In this document: positions 26,256 through 40,234 of the stretch, in pieces
How the letters are laid out: every line of letters begins with the position of its first letter
Numbering within the stretch: position 1 is the first letter of the stretch
Origin: Octopus vulgaris
Taxonomy: Eukaryota
DNA: 64,000 nucleotides
Direction: 5' to 3'
Assembly (NCBI GenBank): GCA_951406725.2
Contig: OX597816.1
Location: 83,080,001 to 83,144,000, forward strand
Translations under genes and position numbers: made by a program
The notes under the pieces: generated by a model
The model's input: only the letters and a program-made list of their open reading frames with translations
Database searches by the model: none
What the model was told of the DNA's origin: nothing

Positions 26256-26801
26256 TAAGAAAGTTTGTTTGGTAAAGCACGTGGGTGAATATATAAGAAA
26301 ATAGTAAAGTGTGAAAAACGACAGAAGGCTTAAATGTTAAAAATATATATATTTGTGTCAAAATGTCTGAGAATATTGAAAAATTTTTTCCTTCCTTAAA
26401 ATGACATAATTTAAAAATTTTTAAAGAAATTACGGTTCGGTGCTTTTCAAATTTCTGTGACGTATGTTTATATTGCATGGAATTATCGTGTTTTATTTCC
26501 AGGAGATTTCTAAATAAGGGGAGGTAGTGAGTGATTTTTCCGGGAAAAATCACTCACTACCTCCCCTTATTTAGAAATCTCCTGAAATAAAAACAACGAT
26601 AATTCCATGCAATATAAACATAACGTCACAAGAAATTTGAAAAGCTACACGCGAAACCGGTAATTTCTTTAAAAATTTTTAAATTATGTCATTTTAAGGA
26701 AAGGGAAAAAAATTTTCCAATATTCTCCAGACATTTTGACACAAATATATATATTTTTTAACATTTAAGCCTTCTGTCGTTTTTTCACACTTTACTATTT
26801 T

Positions 26802-26810
<9 letters not shown>
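26255..26810. repeat. About 255-bp-arm palindrome in (TA)n
   Basis: Arms 26289-26541 and 26543-26810 centred on TTTTTCC-G-GGAAAAA; unpaired tail on the left. Confidence 0.9.
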
Positions 26811-26845
<35 letters not shown>

Positions 26846-27299
26846 ATATTGGTGAAGAATTTACCAATAAAGAAATTAATGGCAGCGTAGAGTTGTAAAA
26901 CAGAAAGGCTAACGTTTCGCCATAAATACATTAATATATTCTGCTGACAGCAATGTACTATTTGAAGGGATAACACACGGCTTTATATCTGATTTATCAC
27001 ACTCAACTTGAATTAAACTGTTTCGAAAAATCTCGCGTGACTCTTCCAAAAATAAATATTGCCCAAAGCTAATATTTATTAACTAAGTGAATGTGAAGCA
27101 TTCACAACTTGTATTCACCCATTTATTTGCTTTATTCGTCTGTCTATTTATTTGTTATGATAACCATTTCGACATTTGTTGAAGTTGGAATCAAATTTTT
27201 GACAGTGTCAAGCACTAAATTTTACTCAAAACTGATGTATACGTTCTGAATAGAAATAAAAATTGATCTCTCCTTTCAGCTAAAGATTTTATTTTTCTG

Positions 27300-28241
27300 T
27301 ACTGACAAAAGGAGTCAGCAAGTTTAGAGCTTCTTTTAGACAAGTAAACAAAAATATTGAGCGATTATCAGAAAGATCGTATTCGGTTACAATAGGCAAA
27401 ATGTTAGAATGCTTAGCTTTTAAAAGCCGAGTTCATATAGCGGTAGTGTACCAAAGATTGGTGTATTTTTCTATTGGAAATAGCACGTTGAATGGGCAAA
27501 TATTATTCTTGTCTTGTAATACTGTGTTCAGTTTCTCTCGCGAGGAGTATTACAATAGTTTATCGGAGTTCCAGCTTAATCTCGATTTTATTTTTAATCA
27601 CTGAACTGCAGGCTTTCCAACAAGGATTGTTTCAAGTGAAGAGGCTACATTTAAATAAAATGACTTAATCTCCACCATTGCACATATTACAGAGGAACGT
27701 CATGTTACAGTAGAGTGTAGTTTATCGTCAAACGTATTAATTGGACCATTGTTTTTTGACGGCACTATGACTAGTCCCATTTATTCCAACTTGCAGCAAT
27801 AATCTGTCAATCCAAGCATTCAAGAGAACTTCAAATATGTGCGTTTTATTTCTAGCAAAATGGAACACCCCAACAATGTCAAAATTGTAAGGACCTACTT
27901 TGATGAGATTTTACTAGAGGGATGAAGAGTTTCAGTGAAATATCCTTTGCTTTCAGCAGACCTCACACCATTAGACATTTTAATGAGGTACTTATAAAAT
28001 AAGTACACACTCGACGTATTGGGAGCAAACATTGAATGAGAATACGCATAAAATGCCGTTTGCGATTCGATTGGTTGGTGTTATCAGCAGTGCCTGGACG
28101 AGAATGATCATCAATTTGAAAACAGGCATTCATAAAAAAAATAAAATTCTGCATGTTGATTCTTTTACATTTTGAAAATGAAATTTATTTTTAAGATATA
28201 ATAAACACAATATGGCCGTACATTTTTTTGAATACACCTTA
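27300..28241 (+). mobile_element. Decayed Tc1/mariner-superfamily transposase
   Basis: SEEATF, LIGPLFFDGTMT, VRTYFDE, P..SADLTPLD remnants. Confidence 0.65.
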
Positions 28242-28629
28242 TGCATGCATATTCCCTTCTCTTCGTGTTATGTCAGTCTGCAGTCAAATGGCTCACTTTA
28301 CACTGACTGATTGGTAATAATCCCCTATTTGCAATTCAGTTTTTATAATTGAAGTATAGCTACTGCAAGCTTGTAATAAGACAAGAAGGGATCAGTAGAA
28401 AACAATATATGCTGAGAGTGTGAACGATCAGTTCAGGAAAAAATTGCAACAGGCAGTTTGATAATTTTTACATTTCTCTAATAGATATATCTTTTGTAGA
28501 AAGCGTCGTATAGGAGAACAAATTTCATCACGAAGTAACTACATACCGCTATGAAGGAACCGTAAATAATTAAAACACTAGAAGTAATATGTTTATAGCC
28601 ACTAATTTTACATAAATAAGAAAAATCCT

Positions 28630-28759
28630 ATTTCATATTTAAGAGATGAGGAATTATGTACATTATTTACATTATTTACATTTGACGGATATTTGTCCTA
28701 TATGAACAGCTAACAAGATGAGGACAATTATCCGTAAAATGTAAATAATGTAAATAATG
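28630..28759. repeat. Short fold-back (39-bp arms)
   Basis: Arms 28661-28699 and 28721-28759. Confidence 0.8.
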
Positions 28760-29600
28760 CAAGAAAATCCCTGTTATTACTTCCTTTCAAAGGGATGAGA
28801 ATTTTAAAGATTTAAAAAAATGTCTTGTGCTATTTAGTTACTCCTTTTTACCTTCTGAGTTCAGATCCACCACAGATCAAGTTCACCATTTATAATTTTG
28901 GTATCGAAAAAATTATCGACCATTATAATTGCGATAATCTATTCCTTCAGAATCGGTGGAGTTGTACTAACTTAGAAGTCAGTGTTACTATATTTCCACG
29001 TTGTCATAAAACCATCACAAAGATAATTCAGTTGCTTATACCTTCAAGACAGACTTAGTGGCAATCGATTACCTAACAAACGCCTTGGATAATTAGGATA
29101 AAATGAGAAAATTAAATTTAGTAATGAGAGATTATATGTAACAGATGATACGATCTACTCTGCAATTTCTTTCTAGTCCAACTAAAATAATAACAACAAC
29201 AAAACAAAAATACTTTTACTCCTGAATTTGAAAGTATGAGCAGATCCTAAGCTAAATGGCGGCATTATATATTTTGAACTATATACTTAAGCGCGCGTCA
29301 TACATGACCGGCTTGCCAACAACCTGTCCACCATAGGTGAATCAAAGATGATTTGGGACTACATAGAACAAAAAAGATAACTCTGAAGAGAACTGATTAG
29401 CATAGTGTATTACGAATAATGTCAGTTAATCATACTTAGGTTCAATTCTCGTATATACAAGAATAATATAAAATACTCATAGACAAGCAATTGAACCAAA
29501 GACGGAAGCACATTGGATCATAAGACGGTTCAGTTAAGACTCATCTGGGGCTAAGAAGCAAAAGTATCGTAGATATTCAATAAAAATCATACCTCCTTAT

Positions 29601-29645
<45 letters not shown>

Positions 29646-29648
<3 letters not shown>

Positions 29649-29747
29649 GGTCCCGGGTTGATTCGGGGTTAACCACAGTAAATAAGGTACTCAATACATA
29701 GCAGAGTAAAATTAATTTATTATATAGAAGCTCCTTCTATATAATAA

Positions 29748-29749
<2 letters not shown>
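29646..29749 (-). mobile_element. Mini fold-back insertion in (TA)n related to the 6095 element
   Basis: 16-bp arms 29715-29730 and 29734-29749; tail GTACTCAATAC..G.AGAGTAA.AT...TTTATT resembles 6135-6172. Confidence 0.65.
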
Positions 29750-29791
<42 letters not shown>

Positions 29792-29806
29792 AAATATATA
29801 TAGCTA

Positions 29807-29859
<53 letters not shown>

Positions 29860-29909
29860 GCCTGTCTATATATATGCATATATACCGCCTTATAAGGATA
29901 CACACACAC

Positions 29910-29963
<54 letters not shown>

Positions 29964-30405
29964 GCATACATACATATACATACATACATACATACATACA
30001 TACATACATACATACATACATACATACATACATACATACATACATACATACATACATACATACATACATACATACATACATACATACATGTATAAATCAT
30101 AGGGACACACAAATGTGCCTGCCTGCTAGAAAGAAGAGTTATTTGCTATTTAGGCATGCAACCATTTGTATTATTTTTGGTGTTATTATCAACTATTTAT
30201 ATTACCCTGGATAATAATGACAATAATAATATGTATATCAACATTCATTCCTGAATATTTGCTCCTTATTGGTATATAAATATATATGTCTATGTATGTA
30301 TGTATGTATGTATGTATGTATGTATGTATGTATGTATGTATGTATGTATGTATGTATGTATGTATGTATGTATGTATGTATGTATGTATATATATATACA
30401 TATAC

Positions 30406-30456
<51 letters not shown>

Positions 30457-30539
30457 TATATATATATATCAGGTGGTGCTATTAAGTTAGACATGGCTTG
30501 GACCAATCTTTGGTCGAAATATATCTAAGTTTATCTAAG

Positions 30540-30615
<76 letters not shown>

Positions 30616-30839
30616 CATAGACGTTATGAGAGGTAATGTTGTGAATAAGACCTAAAGGTGTCAGGTAATGCTGAGTAAGTGCTATAGATTGACCATAGTT
30701 AAGATCCCGGTTCGGTGATTATGCGAATAAGGATTCCAACGTAGGTCATCTAATACTGAATGTCATAAGACCAACTCACAAGCTCTTGTATTTATATATA
30801 TATATATATATATATATGTCTATACACACACACACTCAC

Positions 30840-30872
<33 letters not shown>

Positions 30873-31315
30873 CGTATAAATATATACATATAATCCATAT
30901 ACATATATATAATAGATAAATTATCCTTGATATAAATATAAACTACTTACAGATACGTCCACACCTACAGGTTTATGTATATCTCTAATACTGATTGTCA
31001 TAAGAACAACACATAAATTCTAGAATGTTTTAGTGCGAATCAGCTTCAGTACTCAGAACAGCAAATCCATTCCATTTAAGTTACTGAAGTCGTTGGGAAA
31101 ACGATGACGTCATAAAATCCGATTTCTATTTCGCATAGAATTATCTTTAAAACAATATGCGTGTGTGCGCATTAGTTGTATGTGTGTGTGTGTTTGTGTG
31201 ACTTTGTGTGTGTATGTGTGCGTGTGAGTATGTGCCACCGTATGTGTGTTTTTTATACACACACACGCGAAACACACATGTATATTTAAGTATATGTGTG
31301 TTTGTCTCAGTTCAT

Positions 31316-31367
<52 letters not shown>

Positions 31368-31941
31368 CTGCTTGCTTCTTCACATATGGCGGGACATGCC
31401 TACAAATTTTAACATAATTAACATCTGGATCCTGTGAGACTGACCAATTAAAAATGGTTTTTCTTTCTCTTACAAGAACAACAAACCGAAAAAATAATAA
31501 AAACCGAAAAGAATATTTGTAAACTTTTCCTTTAGAAAAAATAGAAAGTTTTGGAGTTTTTGGAGTGTAGAAGTGTTATTAACGACAAATGTGAAATGAT
31601 ATGATCTTAGCTGGGAATTGAAACCATGTCATGGATTCTCTTTGATCCGATCTTATCGTCAAAGTTTAGTCGCTTTCACCATATGAATAAATAATTAAAA
31701 ATGTGAGCCAATGGGTGACATTGTACGTGGTAACTTGCCTTGTTAAAAATAGCAGCCAAATGTCCTCAGAATGTGTTGCAATAGAGGTGGTGACATTATG
31801 TCTTATGATGTGGTCGTGCAACGCTTAGAACATATTTGTAACTCTCTTCCTGCAAGGATGGCTCCGTAATACGAACTTGAGGACCAACCAAAGCTAATAC
31901 GGGACAGAAATTCTTGATGTGGCGTAATGAAAGGCATCTGT

Positions 31942-32026
31942 CTTCTTCTTCTTCTTCTTCTTCTTCTTCTTCTTCTTCTTCTTCTTCTTCTTCTTCTTCT
32001 TCTTCTTCTTCTTCTTCTTCTTCTTC

Positions 32027-32075
<49 letters not shown>
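31942..32075. repeat. (CTT)n(AAT)n compound microsatellite
   Basis: Read directly. Confidence 0.97.
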
Positions 32076-32079
<4 letters not shown>

Positions 32080-32587
32080 CTGATTGGAAGTGTTATCATG
32101 TACATTGTTTTGTCTTGGTATAAAAGATGGGCTACAGCAAATATTCTGCTCAATACCACAGATTTGCTTGTCAGTTGTTTGACCTTAACCAGTTGAGCAT
32201 GTCCCTTAGTGGCTGACGATATGTGCATCTCTGATCACGAGCAGAAGTAGTGGGGGAGCATCATAGCCATGTGTTGAGAGGGATTCTTTGGGGTTTGAAT
32301 AATTCACCTCTGGAAACATGGGTGGTTCTTTCAACATCCTTAAACAACCCTTATTCAGGGACCTTTTGAGCGGGATGAGCTACTCAACCTGAAGAAAATT
32401 CTAACTGGGCCCCACCTGCAAGGCCATGTGCTGTTTATCTTGATATGAGATCACCATGTCGCGCACATATGGTTGTGATGCATGTGCCTGGTGTACCCTT
32501 ATCAGACGGGTAGTCATGATGGGTATATTGGGCTTCGTATATTTTACCCCAGTGTCACTTTGATGGCATGCACTGCTCTCTCACTCA
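32076..32587 (+). mobile_element. About 510-bp retroposon 3' end embedded in (AAT)n
   Basis: Non-coding, (AAT)n on both sides, second partial copy at 16590; behaviour fits an R4/Dong-type TAA-targeting retroposon (inference). Confidence 0.6.
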
Positions 32588-32604
32588 ATAATAATAATAA
32601 CAAT

Positions 32605-32762
32605 AATTCTTTCTCCAAGAGGCACAAGGCCTGAAATTCACTGGTACTTAATTTATCGATCTCGAAGGGATGAAAGACAAAGTCGACCTCGATGAAATTT
32701 GAATCCAGAGCGTAGTAGCAGACGCCTGGCTTGCTAACGATTCTGACAGCTCGCCGCCTTTC

Positions 32763-32806
<44 letters not shown>

Positions 32807-32975
32807 GTTTCAAATTTTGCCAAAAGTGAAACAATTTTAGGGGAGGGGATGAGTCAATTATATCGACTTAAGGATTAAAGGTAAAGTCGACCCCGGCGGA
32901 ATTTGAACTCAGACGCAGCGACGGGCGAAATACAGCTAAGCATATCGTCCAGCGCGCTAACGATTCTGCCAACTC

Positions 32976-32977
<2 letters not shown>
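32605..32977 (-). mobile_element. Two SINE family B copies separated by (AAT)n
   Basis: Minus-strand AAGGCGGCGAGCTG head and GAGGTCGACTTTG.CTTTCATCC core. Confidence 0.8.
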
Positions 32978-33066
<89 letters not shown>

Positions 33067-33290
33067 AATACTAATAATAATAATAATAATAATATTAATG
33101 ATGATTATGATTATTATCATTATTATTATTTTATATTTTTATTATCATTAATTTTGTTCATCCCGTGCAAGTTCCCGTGTATTCATGATAATTTTATTCA
33201 TTTTAGTCAATTTTAGAAAAATTGAATCACATCTGCGACAATTTCGGAGCGCATTGAACCTATTTTGTGCGTGACCTTTAACCCATCCTG

Positions 33291-33342
<52 letters not shown>

Positions 33343-33455
33343 AAGAAAATGGACAACAAAATTGTGAACTTGGAACCTAACGGATGGCCAATTATAAGTA
33401 CTTACACTGCGTACCTTTTCGTTTAGATCATCAATGAACTATAACCCCCTCATAT

Positions 33456-34191
33456 TCTGTATTTTATATAATATAGACCTGTGTGTGTATGTATTCGCTT
33501 TTCACGCGATTACGGCTGCGCGAATTGCTTCCATACTTGGGATGCAAAAATAATTTTACCTCGGATACATAATAGTGTTTTCGAATAATATTATAAATAA
33601 TATTGCTTTCTATATACGATTCACTTCTTTAAAAAGGCTTCCGGTATTGACGTAGCAACGTCGAAACTTTTCTTTTTCATTTGTGAAATCTCTCACTCAC
33701 TATTTTAATGTTTTCATTTCAAGTTTTAATTCGCAAACAGCTACGATAAATTACTGAAAGAAATATTTACTAAGTTCACAAATTTAACTATTCGATACAA
33801 GTTTTTAACGAGCTTTTATTTATACGACTCTCTCATTCCATGTTTATTTCAGTTATTGTTTGCAATGTTCTCTCTCCCCTCTTTCTCTCTCTCTCTCACA
33901 CACACGTCAGTTACACACGCACACGTATGTTTCTGTATGTACGTTTGTATAAATTCATGTACGTTTGCATACTTTTATGTACGTATGTGTGTGTGTGAGA
34001 GAGAGAGAGGGGGAGAGAGAGAGAGACAGAAAGAGAATAGAGAGTCAGTCAAGAGGTGTTGTCATGTATACGTACATACATAAATACATATGCATACATC
34101 TTTGTAAGTATGTGTGCACGCTCATCCATGTGCATGTATATATGTCTCTCTCACATACGTCCGTTTCATCTGATGTTTCATACTGTATGTA

Positions 34192-34261
<70 letters not shown>

Positions 34262-34500
34262 CGTGTGTGCGTGCGTGCCTGACGGCGGCGTTCCACAGTC
34301 GCCATTTATTTCAATCACTCATTTCAATCACCCATTTTAATTTCCGAAAAAATTCCCAAGAACAACGTTCTCACTCTCTACGAGAGGAGCCGGGGTAGAT
34401 GTAGATGATCAGCATTCTACGGTGAAGCAAATGCGAGTACAGGTAGCCAGAATCAATGTTGAATTCTGCAACTCTGCTAACTCTTTTAAGTATGTTTGCA
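33456..34500 (+). mobile_element. Helitron 5' region with Rep-domain remnant
   Basis: Homologous to the reverse of 24760-25988; 34445-34496 reads RINVEFCNSANSFKYVCKCINKG, the Rep motif HINVE.C.S..SIKY..KY..KG. Confidence 0.75.
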
Positions 34501-34700
34501 AATGTATAAACAAAGGTATAAAATATGCTGTAACAAACACTCTTACGCAGAATGGCAGTCAGTAGATAAAGAAAAATGACGAGGATGTATAGTATGACAG
34601 AGGTAGATACATCAGTACCAATAAGACGTTTTGGCGTATCTTCAATTTTCCCATTCATGAGAGGCACCCAATTATCATTTATCTGAGTGTCCATCTAAAG

Positions 34701-35720
34701 CAGTGCTTCCAAAACCGTGCGGCGCGGCGCACTGGTGCGCCTCGAAAAAGTTAGCTTATATTTCAAAATACGAAAAACACAAACCGAAATTCACTAGAAA
34801 GTTCATATATAAATGTTTAAGTGGTAAAAAAAACTAAATACTAAGTTCTAAACTAAAAATGAGAGGTGGTTGTGTCATTCAATTTGTTTAGGCTAATTAT
34901 GGTATGACAGTGTTTTTCAATTTTGAATCTGAAATTTCATAAGGATAAGAACTAAATTAACATCAATCTATCCTCGAAATTGACATCTTATAGACATATT
35001 CAGTACACGATAATGTTTTAGTTTTATTTCGGTCGTAGCCTCTGTAGCTTTCATTCCAATAAGTGTGAAAAATAAACTATTGAACTAAAATATACGATGT
35101 TGAACTAAATCTTTTAATACGTCCTCACGTATTGCGGCTGTATTTCAATTTTTTCATTCATATAGTGGCAAGAATTTTCATCTTTTCAATAAATTTTGAA
35201 AGACTTCTCAAAAGAATCCGATATGTGACACGCTGCCACTTTTCACAGCTCACTTGTCACTTGTCTCAGGGTGACTCTATTAGTAATCTGTGCTTTTTGT
35301 GCGATACAATTCATATTAATAGACTAAATTACCCATAAAATGGAAAAGTTCATTAAGAGGAAACATAACCGTGACGATTATGAATCTGAAAGTGAACGTT
35401 CGTCAAAAGCAACTTTGCGTAGTGATAATAATGCGAAAACTCGACCCAAACGTAAATATTGCAATAGCTATTTAAAGTTTGGGTTTCATTGGACTGACAA
35501 CGAGGATCAACCTCTTCCGCTGTGTGTTGTTTGTGGTAAAAAGATGTCTAACGAGGGCATGTTACCTAGCAAGTTGAAAAGACATTTTACAACTAAACAC
35601 TCATCTTCAATGTAAAAATCTGAATTATTTCCAAAGACTGCCAGAACAGCAATCTAAACAAAGAATTCCCAGCACAAGCGTTTACTTTTACACACAAAAT
35701 CCAAATGGCTCTCAAAAGGT
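34701..35720 (+). mobile_element. hAT (Charlie/Buster-like) transposon 5' end with BED zinc finger
   Basis: CAGTGCTTCCAAAACC terminus preceded by ATCTAAAG (Charlie-like target); ORF 35340-35615 RKY.NSYLKFGF....PLPLCVVCGKKMSNEGMLPSKLKRHFTTKH. Confidence 0.85.
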
Positions 35721-36222
35721 AAGGTGCTACGTCACATATATGAACTCCAGAAGGAATTGCCAAACCAAGCCAAGCCCCTAGTATTAGTGACTTCAATGGT
35801 CGCCATAGCGCTGACTGTGGTGTCGTAGCCTTGGACAGTCAACCCAATGGGGCCCAGATATGTAACACACTGCCTAAATACTCAGTCTTGAGAAATTGGT
35901 CTTCTTAGGACCAGAAAGGAGAAAGCTAATTCGAAAACTACAGATCCAATCCATCACTGGAACTGTAAAAATCTTTCCAGAAGTTTGTCATTTAAATATA
36001 TATGAGCATGTCTAGATATGCAGCTATATGCATGAGAATACATACATACATATATACATACAAACAAAAATACCCTGTTGTTGATGTTGAAATTCCATTG
36101 AAGGAACCTTGGATCTAGGTTAGAAACCGTTTCTTTCTCTGTTGGCAAGAAATCTTAAAATAAACTGAATAATGACATGCATACACACACAAACACACAC
36201 ATATATATACATACATACACGT

Positions 36223-36293
<71 letters not shown>

Positions 36294-36322
36294 TATATTA
36301 TATATATTATTTATATTATATA

Positions 36323-36738
<416 letters not shown>

Positions 36739-38060
36739 GTATGTGTGCGCGCGCGTGTGTGCATACATACATATATATATTTATGTATCGGAGTATGCAA
36801 TTGATAATGAGTAATAACGCAGAATATCACCTTTTACAGTCCACTGATTGATTATCAGTCCAGCTCCATGTGTTTTTACATGCATACTACAAAAGGAAGA
36901 TATATTCTCCGTAACAATTACTACTACTGCGAAAGTATGTCAATGCTTGAGTAGACAATTGTTACTTAAATAAAAACGTAGATGGCTTTATTTTGATCGT
37001 CGCAGCTTAACGTGCGTAAATAAATTAATTCCAGCTTAACAAAGCTTAGCATACGCCTGCAAACGTGTTTCGCTGTTTATATATAGGAACGGCACAGTTC
37101 CTACAGGATTGTAAAAAAAATATTGTTAACTGAAGAACCGTAACCACGCAGAGACACGTGTATTACAGCCCAGTTACATCAGTCTGAGCCCAGCGTGCTA
37201 TTTTACCCACTTTATATATAAAGAGAATATCTTCCCCAAGCCAATTATTACTATAATGAAAAGCTTACCACGATTGAGTGTAAAGATGCGTGTAAATATA
37301 AATATACTCAAATATATTTCAATCTTCGCCGCTTAGGGGACTTAAACTAATATATATATATATATATATATCTATATGCGCGTATTATAAAGCACACACT
37401 TACATGCTTGCGTGTGCCTATGTCTATAATATGTGTATGTGCGCGCGCGTGTGTGTATATATTCATGTATGTTTCTGTGTGGTGTGTATCTATTGTGTGT
37501 ATGCTGAAACAAATAGATTTACTTATGTAGAAAAAAAATAGATGAATAAAGGAATAAAGGAAAGTAGCAAAAATTCCAAATAATAGAACTGAAAATAATT
37601 AAAACCCCAGGAACACCATCACTACAACGACCACTACCAACGGCAACAACAACAATTGCAACAACAGAAATAAAACAAAATATTCGCAAGAAAAAAATAG
37701 CAAAGAGAAGGAAGAAAACTAACACAAACATAAAATTAAGCTCTATAGACATGCTTTCCTTATATAAAAATTGAAGAACGAAATAAATTCTGAAACAGAA
37801 TCTGGAAGTAGTGTTCTCGTCTTTGTAGGCATATATTAATTGTTTCTTGTGTGAAATTGAGCCGAGTTGTGTTAAAGCTATCAATCAGTCACCAGATGGC
37901 GACCGGGCATATACATACATACATACATACATACATACATACATACATACATACATGTATATACATATACTTATATATCAATATACATAGTTGTATATGT
38001 GTATGTGTGTGTATATACATACATACACACACACACACACAAACATACACACACACACAA

Positions 38061-38101
<41 letters not shown>

Positions 38102-38574
38102 AATTCATATTCATATGTACATATACATACATGTACACACACACACATACAAACACACACACAGACATATATATCTATACAAATACATACATACACACTT
38201 GAATACATAGTTTGACTTCGGTAACAATGGATTCAGCCAGACTATCCATTATACATGTAACAACATATCATACACACTTGGCAGATTTGACTTCTGCTGA
38301 TGCTTTTCTGACTTGCTTCCTCATTTGTTTTATTATTTACTTCAATTATTTTTTACTTTTCATTCCTGTTGATTTTGGTTTTTCTTCAACCTTTTATATT
38401 TTGCTCATGCTCATTCTGACCCCCGAGTCAACCAGAGAGAAAGTATCACAATGTGTGTGTGTGTTCATGTGTGTGTGTGTGTGTGTGTGTGCGTGTGCGT
38501 GTGTGCGCGCGCGAGCGTTTGTGTGTGGACATATTGGTATCTTGCGTATATAGGTATGCATGTATTCATACATA

Positions 38575-38596
38575 TCTATACATATAAAGCCTAAGT

Positions 38597-38633
<37 letters not shown>

Positions 38634-39033
38634 CAGGTTTGGTAGCCTTCAACTAACATTATCTCCTCTGAGACCCTGCGGCGCAAGTTGACTAAAATTG
38701 AAAGTATGATAGAAGAAGGCTTGCTCTTCATTCTGTAAAAGAAAAAATTCAAATCGGACCATGTTAAGACCAAAAATTATTTACATCAAAAAGGTACTTT
38801 TTTCTATGAAAATCACTATTTTTTACGACTTTTTGACTGCCGTGTCGCCATTTTTCGGTGTATTTCAACCAGAAAAATGTTCACTTAAAGAGAATAACAA
38901 GCTACATAATGCAAAATTTTTACTTTTCAAAAAAGATTGAAACTATGTCAAAACTTTGTGAACGCGACATCAAAGTCTGCCGTTTTAAGCGCAACCAAAA
39001 AACAAACCCGAGCAACACCGGGCTATACTGCTA

Positions 39034-39034
<1 letters not shown>
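38575..39034 (+). mobile_element. Non-autonomous Helitron
   Basis: A|TCTATACATATAAAG start; CCCGAGCAACACCGGGCTATACTGCTAG|T end nearly identical to the 14047 element. Confidence 0.8.
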
Positions 39035-39091
<57 letters not shown>

Positions 39092-39813
39092 TTATGTGTT
39101 GTACTTGATAATGTTGTTTAGCCCAAGGTCAAAAATGATTTAACAGACTTTTGATCTGAATTTATTCCATTTCCTAGTCAATCGTTAGGAAAGTATCACA
39201 CCCGATTTGTGTGTGTGCGCGCGTGCGTGCGCGTGCATCCGTATGTGTACGTGTGCCTGATTGAGAGTATGTCGGCGTACTCGGTATGCATATGTGTTTG
39301 TAGTATTTTTTGATGTTGTTTAACACAAAATAAACCCCGATGTCCATATTTAGGTCAGCATTATATAATATGCTATTGTTCATATCAAAATAGTGCGGTT
39401 TGATTTTTGAAAAATTTGTTTGTTACCTGTAGCCATTTAGCGTATTAATTCCTATGTTTGTTCATTTCACATTCATTTGAACAATTTCCTTTTTATCTTT
39501 ATTTTATGGCGTTTTAATTCCATAAACAGCAACAGTTTCATGTTTGCCTCGCATTTATTGATAGCAAAATAATATTTTTTTTTTTAACATTGATCCAAAG
39601 ACAAATATTTTGGAGTAAGGAAGAGTCAATTATATCAATCTCTGTATTTAACTGATATTTTATCGAATTCGAAAAGACGAAAGGTAAAGTCGGCCAAAAT
39701 GATATTTAAATTAATAATGCACTTAGATTTTGTCAGATACAATTTTGATTTCCCCATTGCCATGCAGGCAATAGACATTTAAATAATTAACCAAGATAAA
39801 TATTTCGAAATGT

Positions 39814-39903
<90 letters not shown>

Positions 39904-40234
39904 GTCCATCTGTCTGACTGTATGTATGTCTATGTATGCACGTAAGCATGTATGCGTGCGTGTATGTATGTGTGCATGTATGCATGTGTGTGTATGTGTG
40001 TGTATGTGTGTGGGTGTGGGTGTGCGCGCGCGTGTTTAGTCGTCCATTTTGCTCATTTTTAAAGCAGGTGGAGCGCCTGACCAATGGAACGCATCCGTTC
40101 CATAAAACTTCAAGAGCAGATGCTCCGATTCATGTAAACGTAAACTGGTACAAGGCACAGCGATGAGGTGATAAGAGATGACGGTCGAGATGTAGCCATT
40201 TACAATGGTTTTTGCTTTCGGCAAAAGGCTAGCC

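Noticed and set aside
30751-31022. About 40-bp diverged direct repeat (TCTAATACTGA.TGTCATAAGA.CAAC)
   Set aside because: Real but short, separated by microsatellite, and without further structure to interpret.
35340-35615. Domesticated ZBED/SCAND-like host gene
   Set aside because: Frameshifts after the BED finger, the catalytic domain is absent, and a transposon terminus lies upstream.
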